A DNA stretch of 64,000 nucleotides, from assembly GCA_963667725.2 (NCBI GenBank), contig CAXXHO010000003.1, positions 1,280,001 to 1,344,000 of the forward strand, read 5' to 3'. Position 1 is the stretch's first letter; every line of letters starts with the position of its first letter. Positions 24,038 to 34,231 of this stretch are shown piece by piece. Source of the DNA: Treponemataceae bacterium. GTDB lineage: Bacteria; Spirochaetota; Spirochaetia; Treponematales; Rectinemataceae. A model generated the notes under the pieces. The model saw nothing but the letters and a program-made list of their open reading frames with translations, ran no database searches and was not told the DNA's origin. The position numbers and the translations under genes are program-made.

Positions 24038-25588
24038 TCAGTACGGCCAGTAACTGTCCCCGTCTCCATACTCCCGATATCCGACGGCTTCCTCTACCAT
24101 GGGGGCTTGTATGGTGATAGACCCCCGCATGTCGGCGATAGTTCTGGCAATCTTCAGAACGGAATGGCAGGCTCTCATAGAAAGCCCCAGTTCCTCCGCC
24201 CTGCCGCGGAACAGTTCGTCGGCTTCGGCGCCAAGACCACAGTACTGCTTGACCATTTCCGGCTGCAGCCTGCTGTTGTACAAACCTCCGAAAATAGCCG
24301 TCCTCTCCATCTGAAGCCGGGAGGCTTCTTCGACTTCATGGACGAGGTCAGCCTGGCGTTGGCCTGGGGAGCTGAGCATCGATGCAGCGTCCGGGATAAG
24401 GACGGGTATTCTCATATCGATGCGATCCAAGAGAGGACCTCCCAGTTTCTTCCAATAACGCTGAATTTCCATAGGAGAGCAGATGCATGCCTTGGTCGGG
24501 CTTCCAAGATTGCCGCAGGGGCAGGAATTGGCCGCCATGAGGAGCTGAAAGTCGGCTGGATACTGGAGAACCCGCCCGGCCCGCACTACGGTGATGCTGC
24601 CCCGCTCTAAAGGCTCCCGCAGCGATTGAAGGACATCGTGCCCGAATTCGGGCGTCTCGTCCAGGAAAAGCACCCCTCTATGGGCGAGGCTGATCTCTCC
24701 GGGACGAGGAGGCTTGCCGCCGCCGACGATACCCTCCAGGGAAGCCGAGTGATGAGGCGAACAGACCGGCGGCCTTGAAGCCGACGATTTACCGCCGTAG
24801 CGTTTCCCATGGAGCGACCATATGGCCGCCACTTCCATGGCCTGCATCTCCGTCAAGGCAGGCAGGAGAGAAGGAAAGCGCATCGCGGCCATGGTTTTTC
24901 CTGATCCCGGCGGCCCGAAAAGGAGAAGATTATGCCTTCCGGCGGCCGCTATGACGAGAGCCCTCATGACTTTCGGGTTCCCCAGATAATCGGAGAAATC
25001 AAGCCCCGGCGCCTCGGTATCACCTTCGGAAGAATTCTGGGGCGCCCCGCGGCTTGCGTGTTTTGAAAGGAAGCTGCCTCCGTCCCGGATGGAAAGGAGT
25101 ATGTCCGGAATTTCCGATATATGGCCAATCGGGAAGAGACGTCCCTGGCGAAGCCGGCCAGCCTCGGCATAGTTGGATTCCGGCACGATATAATCACGAA
25201 TGCCTTTCCGCGAAGCCTGGAGAAGAGCCGGCAAGGTCCCCCGCACTGGACAGACAAATCCATCCAGCGTCAGTTCCCCGATGACGAGGATGCTCTTTCC
25301 GCAGTCAGGAACCGCCCCGGAGGCGGAAAGAATCTTCAGCGCTATGGGAAGATCGTAGAGAGAGCCTTCCTTGGGAAGATCGGCCGGGGAAAGATTGATG
25401 AGGACCCTGTCCTGGGGGAATTCGAAAGAGGAGTTTCTGATGGCCGCCCGCACTCTTTCGCGGGATTCCCTGACAGATGCGGCCGCCAGGCCGACGACAT
25501 CGACGGCGGGAATCCCGCGCCTGATATCGACCTCCACTTTAACAAGAAACCCCTCGAAGCCGAGGGGTTCATAGGCAAAAATATCCAT
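24038..25588 (-). CDS. comM: YifB/ComM Mg-chelatase-like AAA+ ATPase
   Basis: VRESRERVRAA, NLSPADLPKEG..YDLPIAL, GPPGSGKTM, PHHSAS, GEISLAHRGVLFLDE, CPCG and GPLLDRID motifs. Confidence 0.93.
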   Translation of the reverse strand: MDIFAYEPLGFEGFLVKVEVDIRRGIPAVDVVGLAAASVRESRERVRAAIRNSSFEFPQDRVLINLSPADLPKEGSLYDLPIALKILSASGAVPDCGKSILVIGELTLDGFVCPVRGTLPALLQASRKGIRDYIVPESNYAEAGRLRQGRLFPIGHISEIPDILLSIRDGGSFLSKHASRGAPQNSSEGDTEAPGLDFSDYLGNPKVMRALVIAAAGRHNLLLFGPPGSGKTMAAMRFPSLLPALTEMQAMEVAAIWSLHGKRYGGKSSASRPPVCSPHHSASLEGIVGGGKPPRPGEISLAHRGVLFLDETPEFGHDVLQSLREPLERGSITVVRAGRVLQYPADFQLLMAANSCPCGNLGSPTKACICSPMEIQRYWKKLGGPLLDRIDMRIPVLIPDAASMLSSPGQRQADLVHEVEEASRLQMERTAIFGGLYNSRLQPEMVKQYCGLGAEADELFRGRAEELGLSMRACHSVLKIARTIADMRGSITIQAPMVEEAVGYREYGDGDSYWPY

Positions 25589-25654
25589 GCGGCACCTTCC
25601 GCACGATATACGCGCGAAAAGGCCGCTTCCGCTTCATCGGGAGAAGCAGCCTCT

Positions 25655-27370
25655 TCAGCTTTCTCCCAGTATGGTGTCCAGATCGATTTCTCCGCCAGCC
25701 GAGGGCATGGTTATTCCGAAGGCCCCAAGGATAGCCGGATGGATTTCTCCGAAAACGCCGACTTTCTTGCCTTCGCACCAAACCTCTGCCTGACGGCCGG
25801 GAATAAAGCGGGGATCGAAAGCTTCCTTTACGCTATACTCCTTGCCGAGATAGAACATGAGCGTAGCCAGATGCGAAGCGGATTCATTATAGTCGGCTTG
25901 GGCATGCGTATTGAGGAAACCGATATACTGTCTCGTCGCGATGCCGTAGTTTTCTTCGGCATCCTTGATGGCGACCTTGCCCACTTCAAAAGTCCTGTGC
26001 GGATAGGGAGCCTTTACGGAGACCGATTCGGTTCCCAGGAGGCCCGGGAGCGGCGAGTTCCTGAGATACTCGAAGTTTTCGCTCATCGGGTTGGTGATCT
26101 TCACCACGGTTTCGGCTTGAATGCCCATCTTATCCACATAATCCCGCCTGCTGCCGAGATAGTTGTAGATCATTTCCTGGTACCCCATGCCTACGAGCGA
26201 GAGCTTCGCCTTCCTGGAAATCTGTTCGATGGGGGAAAGCCTTCCTATGGTGAAATCGCGAGGCTTTTCCGGGGGAAAATTCTCCATGCCGATGCCTATC
26301 AGCACATCTTCGATGATATCGACGGGGTGAAGGAAGTCGTTTCGATACTCTGCGGGCTTCACCGTGATGAAGTCGCCCTCAGCCTTGGCCTTCGAGCCCA
26401 TGCTCTCGACCGCGGCCCTAGCCTTTTCCACGCTCATGTCAAGGCCAAGCAGTTTTCTCACCTGATCGATATGAACCTTCAGTTCCTGCTGGAAGTAAGA
26501 GGGGAACGTGATTTTCCTGCCGAAAGGCGTGTCATAGGGATATCGCACGGCGACATTTTCGATGGCAAAGCCCATGTCGTGGAGATCGCACGCGAGGATA
26601 GATGCGGTAAGCGAGACCGAGGGGTAATCGCTTCCCGTCACCTCGATGAAGAGCTCCGAATCACCGACTAGAACGGCGCCCAGGTCGGCTGAGTTGATAA
26701 TGGGCGGATAGGAAAGCACCCTTTCGTTGTCGTCGAGAAGAAGGGGATGGATGGGTTCATTCTGAAGAATGGATCCGTATTCCTTCCCTTTGGGATGTTC
26801 GGCGAGAATCTGCCGCAGGGTCATCTTCCTCGTTTCCTGGAGGGGGACGAAGGAAACATTGTCGGGATCCACGCCTCGGTAATGTACAGGCCATGAGATC
26901 ACCGAGGGACGATAGAGGCCAATGGAGACAGTTTTCCGCTTGCGCCCGAAATTCCACGTCAATTTTTCCTGGGCCTGGATGAGTTCTTTCAGCATCGAGT
27001 CGGTAATCGAGACACCCTTGGCCACAAACCCCGCGAGAAAAGGTCTGACTTTTCTGACGCTTTCTTCCACTTCAACGATGTATGGTGAATCACCTGTCTC
27101 GCCCAGCGGCACAAAGAAGGGATATTCGGTAATCTCCCCCTTTCTGTGGGCCTTGAGCTGGCGGGCGAGCCCTGCTGTCGTCCAAAGGTCGGGACGGTTC
27201 GTATCGTTGAGTTCTATCTTTATCGTCCTGTTTTCGGGCTCGGCAGCTTCCTTGTCCCAGCCGTCCAGTTCGGCCTTGGCCGTAGGAAGAATGGCTTCAA
27301 GTCTGGCCACGTCGGGACTGTCGCCCAGGAGCGAGAAGAAAAGCTTTTCGTTTACTTCAATTTTAGGCAT
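25655..27370 (-). CDS. pheT: Phenylalanine--tRNA ligase beta subunit, short archaeal/eukaryote-like type
   Basis: 571 aa; NRPDLW, QEKL..NFGRKRK, SYPPIINS, YRNDFLHPVDIIEDV and GEIHP motifs; no N-terminal OB or C-terminal FDX-ACB domain. Confidence 0.93.
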   Translation of the reverse strand: MPKIEVNEKLFFSLLGDSPDVARLEAILPTAKAELDGWDKEAAEPENRTIKIELNDTNRPDLWTTAGLARQLKAHRKGEITEYPFFVPLGETGDSPYIVEVEESVRKVRPFLAGFVAKGVSITDSMLKELIQAQEKLTWNFGRKRKTVSIGLYRPSVISWPVHYRGVDPDNVSFVPLQETRKMTLRQILAEHPKGKEYGSILQNEPIHPLLLDDNERVLSYPPIINSADLGAVLVGDSELFIEVTGSDYPSVSLTASILACDLHDMGFAIENVAVRYPYDTPFGRKITFPSYFQQELKVHIDQVRKLLGLDMSVEKARAAVESMGSKAKAEGDFITVKPAEYRNDFLHPVDIIEDVLIGIGMENFPPEKPRDFTIGRLSPIEQISRKAKLSLVGMGYQEMIYNYLGSRRDYVDKMGIQAETVVKITNPMSENFEYLRNSPLPGLLGTESVSVKAPYPHRTFEVGKVAIKDAEENYGIATRQYIGFLNTHAQADYNESASHLATLMFYLGKEYSVKEAFDPRFIPGRQAEVWCEGKKVGVFGEIHPAILGAFGITMPSAGGEIDLDTILGES

Positions 27371-27380
27371 AACATCTCCC

Positions 27381-28946
27381 TCAGCGTGTTTTGTTCATTG
27401 CTCGGCGCATGCGTACGCTCTCGAGGTCGGGGCTGAAAAGCTCCCTGAGATCGTTCAAACCGAGAGCCATGAGCGCCATTCTGTCGATGCCGATGCCCCA
27501 GGCGAGGACCGGTACATCGATGCCGAGCGATTTCGTCACTTCAGGGCGGAAAATCCCGGAGCCGCCGAGTTCGAACCAGCCGAGAACGGGATGTTTTATA
27601 TGCACTTCTACGGAGGGTTCCGTGAAGGGGAAATAGCCTGGGACGTATTTCACTTCCTTGGCGCCGGCAACCTCCACAGCGAACATTTCCAGGAATCCGA
27701 GAAGCGTCCGCAGGTTTACTTCCTCGCCGAGGACGATTCCTTCCGTCTGATAGAAATCCGACAGATGGGTAGCGTCGACCTTGTCGTAACGGAAACATCG
27801 CGCTATGCCGAAATATTTACCCGGGACTTTGGCTTTCGGCAGCTGCCTGGCCGATAGCACCGTTCCCTGGCTTCGCAGAAGGAGACGTTTCGTGAAGTCG
27901 CGGTCAAAATTGTAATTCCAGCCGCGGCTCCCCGTATTCCCTCCGTTTTCATGCACTGCCGCGATATTGGAGAGATAGGGCTCTTCAATGAATTTGGCCG
28001 ACTTGGGGTCATCTATATGGTAGACATCGTGAATATCCCGCGCCGAATGGAACTGCGGCATGAAGAGCGCATCAGAATTCCAGAATTCCGTTTCGACCAT
28101 ATTGCCGTCGAATTCCTCGAAGCCCAGGGAGACGAGCTTGTCTTTCACGCTCTCCAGGAATTCGACATAGGGATTCTTCCTTCCGGGAATCGTTCGGGCT
28201 GGATTGACGCCGATATTGTAAGGCCTGAAGGTGCCGCTTTTCCAGCTGCCATTCTCAAGCATGGCCGGAGTCAGGGCTCCCAGCTCCTCACCCGTCATTC
28301 CCAGCGCGATCAGCGCTTCTTTTACGTTCCGGGCCGCCTCGGCAAGGCGATATACCACCCGTTCGCGCTCGCCGCTTCTGAACGGGGCATCGCCAGCGCC
28401 TCGCTTTTTCGCCACCGACTGGATTATGGTCAGCGCATCGGCGTCCAGGCGGCTTTCCTCGAGGATGCCGCCCTCGGCCGCCGCGTTCCTGAGAAGCTCG
28501 CTCAACCTGACGACACGGCCGGGAAGAGCCGCCCCCTCTATTCGGGACGCCCTCTTTTCCTCATCCATGCGGAGAACGCCTTCCTTGGAAAGGAGGCCGA
28601 AGGCTGATCCTATGCTTTTCTGTTCCAGACCAAGCTTTTCCGCCAATTCGGGTAATTTTGCCGGACCCGAGCTGTCCAGGAAGCCGAATATTCTTTCCTC
28701 TGGTGTGCCTTTCTCGGCATATTCTGCGCCGAGCGGTGTGATCTCATAAAATACCGATACGGTTCTTGCCGTCTCTTCAATGAGCCCTTTGCCGGACAAC
28801 CACGAAAAGGCCTGATTTTCCTGGCCTTCGCGATAGCCTAGATCACCGCGCACTTTTGCCGCGTCGATCTCGCTTCCGCTTTCGTATTTGAGTAGTATCC
28901 GGACTTCCAGGGGATGAAGGGTTTTTGCAACGCTTACAGCATCCAT
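27381..28946 (-). CDS. pheS: Phenylalanine--tRNA ligase alpha subunit, long archaeal/eukaryote-like type
   Basis: 521 aa with N-terminal extension; FWNSDALFMPQFHSARD, RCFRYDKVDATHLSDFYQTEG, YFPFTEPS and WGIGIDR motifs. Confidence 0.95.
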   Translation of the reverse strand: MDAVSVAKTLHPLEVRILLKYESGSEIDAAKVRGDLGYREGQENQAFSWLSGKGLIEETARTVSVFYEITPLGAEYAEKGTPEERIFGFLDSSGPAKLPELAEKLGLEQKSIGSAFGLLSKEGVLRMDEEKRASRIEGAALPGRVVRLSELLRNAAAEGGILEESRLDADALTIIQSVAKKRGAGDAPFRSGERERVVYRLAEAARNVKEALIALGMTGEELGALTPAMLENGSWKSGTFRPYNIGVNPARTIPGRKNPYVEFLESVKDKLVSLGFEEFDGNMVETEFWNSDALFMPQFHSARDIHDVYHIDDPKSAKFIEEPYLSNIAAVHENGGNTGSRGWNYNFDRDFTKRLLLRSQGTVLSARQLPKAKVPGKYFGIARCFRYDKVDATHLSDFYQTEGIVLGEEVNLRTLLGFLEMFAVEVAGAKEVKYVPGYFPFTEPSVEVHIKHPVLGWFELGGSGIFRPEVTKSLGIDVPVLAWGIGIDRMALMALGLNDLRELFSPDLESVRMRRAMNKTR

Positions 28947-29047
28947 TTAGTCAGCTCCATGCTAGGAGATTAGGGTACATCGTAGGTCAAACGAGGATAA
29001 CGATTGTGCCTATTGTGCGTCAGTATTGCTCAAAACCGCCCTAACCG

Positions 29048-32020
29048 TCAATGTGGAGGAAGGGGCTTCAGTATAAAAGCCTTACTCGACCTGCCGTCCA
29101 TAGCTACTTCAATGGGGACCTCGAGGCTCGTCCACCGACAGTGAGCGGAAGACTGCGCGGTCGGCATCGATTTTAGCCAATTCCAGTCTATAAAATCCCC
29201 TTCATCGCGCGAAATCTTAATATAGCCAATGCTCATGCTCGTAAGGTTGTGGAAAAAATGCGAGCCCAAGGAAGAATCGATGACGAAATCGGGAAGATCG
29301 GCTTCGACGATGATCTTTGCCCTGGAAATTTGCGAGAATGATACGGGAATTCCCAGCCAACGATCTCTCGAGCCCCATCGCCCTGGCCCTACCAGAATGT
29401 ATCGCCTGCCAAGCTTTTTGAGCTGCGTATCCATTTCTTCTATTTCAGCGGCCATTTCCAGCGTCTTTGAACGGTCGAAGGATTCCGGGTCTACCCATAC
29501 GATGTCGCTGATCCCGAGTTCCCTGCCGTTGCCCATGGTTTTATTGGAATAGATAAAGCATTCTTTCCTATCCACTTCAGCCAGGTTAATGTCCACCTTT
29601 TCCTGTCTGTGGATGAGCGGTTTCAGCTGAAGAATATAGAGGGCGGGAGTACCGGTCTCCTCTTCCAGATTAAGCGCGTATTCTATCTCCACCGGAGTTC
29701 CCATGGAGCGCGTGCCAACATCCAGGATCATTGAGATGGCGTTGGCAAAGGGCAGCGCGTCATGTTTGAGAATATTCGCGAGATCGATGACTTTTGGTCC
29801 TCTGCCTGAGTCGCCCGGGACGAAACGCAGGTCTTCGGCATCCCACGTCGAAACGACGAGCGGAAATCTCCTGCCGCCGGCGGCCTGTGAAATAGGCAGT
29901 TCCGAGAGGCTCGCCATCTCGCCCGAATAGAGGTTAGGCGTCGAACGGCTCATGTCGAGAGCATGGAAATTCCTCTGCGTGTTCTCCAGTGCCTGATCCG
30001 GAGACAGTACGTCCAGTTTTGGATATTTCGGGCAGAAACGATGCGCGGCACCGCCCCCCACCACCCAAGTGCCGAGGCCAAGCGCGGAAACGCATAGACC
30101 GTCCTCGGGTTTCGTATATGAAATAGGATAATAGTTATATGACTGCGCGACTCCCGAGATTTCCGGATAGTAATAGTTGCCGTGCATCGAACCGACAAGC
30201 TCCTGAATGACGACGGCCATCCGTTCCTCTTCAAGATTGTATCGCGCAACTTCAAAATACGATCTTGCTTCCATCGAAAAAAGGCTCGCATAGATGAGCC
30301 TAATGGCATCGCAGAGCTGCGTAAGGCGTACTTCGATATCCGTGTGGTTGTTGGGAATTATATAGGTGTCGTAAATTCCGGAAAACGGGACCATGAGCAT
30401 ATCTTCAAAAAGCCCCGATGATCTTACCGCCAAGGGCTTGTCGGTCGCGCCCAGGAAAACCCTGAGCTTCGACACCAGGGCTCGCGACAGCGGGATCGAG
30501 AGAAACGTGCTTTTTAGCTCGCTGGAATAGGGGCCGTAAAAAGCCGAAGACCAAAGGTTGTGCGATTCCAGAAAGGTCTCGAATTCGTCGATCCCGATAA
30601 AAGCGGTGCGCGGAATTTTAATGTCCAAGCCGTCTATATAGTGGGAAAAATCGAGATTTTCCAGCAAGGAGTGAATAAAAACGATACCGCGACCCTTCCC
30701 TCCCACTGATCCATCGACAAGACGGCTGACATAATTTTCTTCAATCATCATGCTTTCGTCGAAATTCGCGATGATCCCTCTCGATTTTTCCTTCTTAACC
30801 GTATCGAGGATTTCCACAATGAAATCGCGCATCGCCGTAATATTGGGGAAGTCATCCAGCCGGTAAGGCCTGAGGACCTTGGACATCTGTATCTCGCCTC
30901 GCGCCATCAGCCAGGCGGAAAAATGGTTTCTCTCGGCGTGGTAAGCCAGACTTTCCGGCGGAAGGACATGGAGAATCTCAATGAACTCCTTCATGTTCCT
31001 GGCCTGCCTTAACTCGGTTCCGTCGGGCATGCAGAAACGGAAGACGCCAAAACCGAGATTCTGCTGGAGGAAGGTGGCGAGTTCCATCTCGAGGGATTCG
31101 GAATTCTTGTCGGTAAAGGCAGCCCCCATGGAATAGGCCTTTTCCCTTATTCTTTGCTCGCTGGACTGAACGAGAACGGGCAGATCGGAAATCCGCTTCT
31201 TGGCCATTTTGAGGAAAGCGAAACCGGCTTCTTCGTCGCATTTACCGTTTCTCGGGAAACGAACGTCGGTGATGACCGTGAGAAGATTGGCTTCATAGGT
31301 ATTGAATATTTCCAGCGCTTCCTCGTAGCTCGACGCAAGAAGAATCTTTGGCCTAGCCCGTATGGAGAGAAGCTTATAGGTCTCTGTTACCTTCTCCTCT
31401 TCGATCAGATTCTGGGTCTGACGTAGCACCACCTTGTATAAAACCGGAAGGAAACGCGAGTAGTAGCGCACCGAATCTTCTATGAGAAGGATTACCCTGA
31501 CTCTCGCGGACATCGTATCCGCCTGGACATTCCTCACGTCTTCGACAAACTTGATCATTCCGACAAAAAGCTTGGAGTAGCCGTTCCAGACAAAAATCCT
31601 GTCTATGGCGGTAAGGCCTGGAGCTGTCATGTCGAGGCTTTCGAGACTTGAGTTATTGGTGGCCATGAGAAGGATGGGTATATCCGGCCAGATATGCTTC
31701 ATGTCCTGGGCCAGTTTGAGAGGAGCGTCGAAATCGATGCCTCCCATGAGGATAACGAGGTCGAAGCTCCCTCCGCGGAACTGATCGAGAGCCGATTCAT
31801 CGGTATAGGCGCAGGTTACCCGCGGAATGGTGTTGAGGTTGAGCTTGAAGTATTCGCCATAAATCTGCTCGGTCAAAACACCATCCGATTCCACGACAAA
31901 GGAATCGTAAAGACTGCCTACAAGAAGTACTTCGCGTACCCTGAATCTCATCAGGTCATGGTAGATATTGCGTTCCCGTCGCTGCTGGTCATAGGCGGCC
32001 ACAAGTTCGTTGAAATACAT
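29048..32020 (-). CDS. Receiver-domain + PEP/pyruvate-binding (PPDK-N ATP-grasp) protein
   Basis: REC-like segments (VLLVGSLYD; ILLIEDS...VITDVRFP...FTDKNS); PPDK-N motifs VGGKGRG, PLAVRSSGLFED, FSGIYDT, MAVVIQE, ALGLG, VEIEYA and ILQLKP. Confidence 0.85.
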   Translation of the reverse strand: MYFNELVAAYDQQRRERNIYHDLMRFRVREVLLVGSLYDSFVVESDGVLTEQIYGEYFKLNLNTIPRVTCAYTDESALDQFRGGSFDLVILMGGIDFDAPLKLAQDMKHIWPDIPILLMATNNSSLESLDMTAPGLTAIDRIFVWNGYSKLFVGMIKFVEDVRNVQADTMSARVRVILLIEDSVRYYSRFLPVLYKVVLRQTQNLIEEEKVTETYKLLSIRARPKILLASSYEEALEIFNTYEANLLTVITDVRFPRNGKCDEEAGFAFLKMAKKRISDLPVLVQSSEQRIREKAYSMGAAFTDKNSESLEMELATFLQQNLGFGVFRFCMPDGTELRQARNMKEFIEILHVLPPESLAYHAERNHFSAWLMARGEIQMSKVLRPYRLDDFPNITAMRDFIVEILDTVKKEKSRGIIANFDESMMIEENYVSRLVDGSVGGKGRGIVFIHSLLENLDFSHYIDGLDIKIPRTAFIGIDEFETFLESHNLWSSAFYGPYSSELKSTFLSIPLSRALVSKLRVFLGATDKPLAVRSSGLFEDMLMVPFSGIYDTYIIPNNHTDIEVRLTQLCDAIRLIYASLFSMEARSYFEVARYNLEEERMAVVIQELVGSMHGNYYYPEISGVAQSYNYYPISYTKPEDGLCVSALGLGTWVVGGGAAHRFCPKYPKLDVLSPDQALENTQRNFHALDMSRSTPNLYSGEMASLSELPISQAAGGRRFPLVVSTWDAEDLRFVPGDSGRGPKVIDLANILKHDALPFANAISMILDVGTRSMGTPVEIEYALNLEEETGTPALYILQLKPLIHRQEKVDINLAEVDRKECFIYSNKTMGNGRELGISDIVWVDPESFDRSKTLEMAAEIEEMDTQLKKLGRRYILVGPGRWGSRDRWLGIPVSFSQISRAKIIVEADLPDFVIDSSLGSHFFHNLTSMSIGYIKISRDEGDFIDWNWLKSMPTAQSSAHCRWTSLEVPIEVAMDGRSSKAFILKPLPPH

Positions 32021-32166
32021 GGCTCCATAATAGTGCAAAAGCCGAGGAAACAAAAGCGTGATCTTCCTTGACCATAGCATCCTGCGCGGATATGATCGTT
32101 GTTACTCTTCGGAGGAGCATAAGTATAGCCGGGACGGAATGAATCCAGGCGCCGGAGTATTATTTC

Positions 32167-33078
32167 ATGAAAAATCTCAAGCTCGTAGCGGCACGACCTG
32201 ATTTCAGCCGCAGCATCATCAATGTTCAGGGCGTCGAATTCGGCAGAGGCTTCGTCGTAATAGCCGGCCCCTGCTCGGTGGAGACGGAAAAGCAGACCAT
32301 CGAGACCGCCATCGCCGTGAAAAAAGCAGGGGCACTGATGCTCCGCGGCGGAGCCTTCAAGCCGAGAACCTCTCCCTATGCTTTTCAAGGACTCGGGCTC
32401 AAGGGGCTCAAGATACTGGACAAGGCAAAAAAAGAGACAGGCCTGCCGATCGTGACTGAGGTCGTCGATACGAGGGATGTGTCCTGGGTCGGCGAATATG
32501 CCGATATCCTCCAGATTGGCGCGCGAAACATGCAGAACTTTTCCCTCCTGAGGGAAGTCGGCAAATCTGGCAAGCCTATACTCCTCAAACGCGGAATGTA
32601 TTCCACCCTTGAAGAATGGCTCAACTGCGCCGAGTATATCCTCGCCGAAGGCAATCCCAACGTCATTCTCTGCGAACGCGGAATCAGGACTTTCGAAACC
32701 TATACGAGAAATACCCTGGATTTATCGATGGTACCCGCCGTCCACAAGGAAACCCACCTCCCGATCATTGTCGATCCCAGTCACGGAACGGGGATCCTCT
32801 CCATGATCGAGCCGATGAGCCTAGCAGCCCTGATGGCCGGCGCCAACGGACTGGAAATCGAGGTGCACATCGATCCGGAAAGCGCCCTGAGCGACAAGGA
32901 CCAGCAGCTCACGGTTCCGCAGTTCGAAAAGCTCATGAGAAAGCTGGATAGGGCAAAAGCCTTCCTGGACAGCCTGGACGCGGAATTTGCCGACAAGGCG
33001 AGCGGGAACGGCGGAGGCGACGCCGACAAGACCGATGATGGCAGTGAAGCGAAAATATTCGCCGACGCGGTCGACTGA
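32167..33078 (+). CDS. aroF: DAHP synthase, class I-beta, no N-terminal regulatory domain
   Basis: [46 protein letters not shown] and IVDPSHGTG motifs; GGAG RBS. Confidence 0.95.
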   Translation: MKNLKLVAARPDFSRSIINVQGVEFGRGFVVIAGPCSVETEKQTIETAIAVKKAGALMLRGGAFKPRTSPYAFQGLGLKGLKILDKAKKETGLPIVTEVVDTRDVSWVGEYADILQIGARNMQNFSLLREVGKSGKPILLKRGMYSTLEEWLNCAEYILAEGNPNVILCERGIRTFETYTRNTLDLSMVPAVHKETHLPIIVDPSHGTGILSMIEPMSLAALMAGANGLEIEVHIDPESALSDKDQQLTVPQFEKLMRKLDRAKAFLDSLDAEFADKASGNGGGDADKTDDGSEAKIFADAVD

Positions 33079-33088
33079 AGGTAGTTTC

Positions 33089-34231
33089 GTGGACAAACCC
33101 CAAAACAGAGCGATGCTCGATACCATCTCTTTCCGCGGCATTGACCAAATAGGCCAGTCCATCGATACGTCCAAAACCTTGATCGTCACCGACCGAAAGA
33201 TACAGTCCCTTTTCGGATCGTCCTTCCCGGATTGTCGCTTTGCCCTCATTCCCGAAGGCGAATCCGCAAAATCCTGGGAAACGCTTTTGGAGCTTTACGG
33301 ATGCTGCGCCGACCTCGAGGTGGATCGGAACTGGAACATCCTCGCGATAGGCGGGGGCAGCGTGAGCGATATCGCGGGATTCCTATCCCACACATGGATG
33401 CGCGGGATAGGATTTTCCGTCGTTCCCACTACCCTTCTGGCCATGACCGACGCGGCCCTGGGCGGAAAAAACGGGCTGGACTTCAAGGGCTACAAGAATG
33501 TCGTGGGATCCTTCCAGCTCCCCGCCAATATTTTCTGCGATATAGAAACGCTGAGAACACTCGACGCGCAGCAGTTCGCTTCGGGCATGGCGGAAGTGAT
33601 AAAGCACGCCATTATCGACGGAGAAAATTATTTTTCCTTTCTCGAAAAGGCTCTTCCACCCAAGAAAGACGGAGCCAGCGCCAAAATGGAGAACGAAGCA
33701 GCCGGCTCTCCCTGCTTCGATCATGCCGCTTGCCCATCCTCCCTGCTCCTGCATATGGTTTCGGAGTCCCAACGCGTCAAACTTTCCATCGTCGAAAGAG
33801 ACCCGAAGGAATCGGGGGAACGCAGGATACTGAACCTCGGACACACCTTCGGCCATGCCGTGGAGCTCGTCTCGGGCATTCCGCACGGTTACGCGGTATC
33901 GATCGGCATCGCCCTCGCCTGTTTTTTTTCCCTAAAGCGGAACGAGATGAAGCCTGTCGTCGCGCGGCGCATCCTGAACCTCCTCGGCGGCTATGGACTT
34001 CCCGTCGATCCGGGATCTCTCGCTTTCGAAGCGGGAAGGATCGTCCCCGCCGGCTTGAGACCGAACGCGAGAAAAGACTATTGGGGAAGGGTGGCGGACG
34101 CGCTTTTCATGGACAAAAAGAGGGAGGGCGGTTACATGAACCTCGTCATCCCTCAGAATATAGGTGTCGTAAAAATTGAAAAAATTGAAATCGACGAACT
34201 CAAGGCTTTTCTGGACGAGGTGACGCGGTGA
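33089..34231 (+). CDS. aroB: 3-dehydroquinate synthase
   Basis: GESAKS, AIGGGSVSDIAGF, VPTTLLAMTDAALGGKNG, GMAEVIKH and RRILNLGHTFGHAVE motifs; start is GTG 33089 or ATG 33113. Confidence 0.93.
   Translation: MDKPQNRAMLDTISFRGIDQIGQSIDTSKTLIVTDRKIQSLFGSSFPDCRFALIPEGESAKSWETLLELYGCCADLEVDRNWNILAIGGGSVSDIAGFLSHTWMRGIGFSVVPTTLLAMTDAALGGKNGLDFKGYKNVVGSFQLPANIFCDIETLRTLDAQQFASGMAEVIKHAIIDGENYFSFLEKALPPKKDGASAKMENEAAGSPCFDHAACPSSLLLHMVSESQRVKLSIVERDPKESGERRILNLGHTFGHAVELVSGIPHGYAVSIGIALACFFSLKRNEMKPVVARRILNLLGGYGLPVDPGSLAFEAGRIVPAGLRPNARKDYWGRVADALFMDKKREGGYMNLVIPQNIGVVKIEKIEIDELKAFLDEVTR

Noticed and set aside
24038..25588. comM as a mobile-element insertion hotspot
   Set aside because: The ORF is intact and full length
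25121..26671. 516-aa plus-strand ORF spanning comM and pheT
   Set aside because: Antisense shadow of two real genes; no recognisable motifs; expected with GC-biased codon usage
28947..29047. T-box or attenuator upstream of pheS
   Set aside because: Only about 100 nt intergenic, with no T-box consensus, terminator or Phe-rich leader
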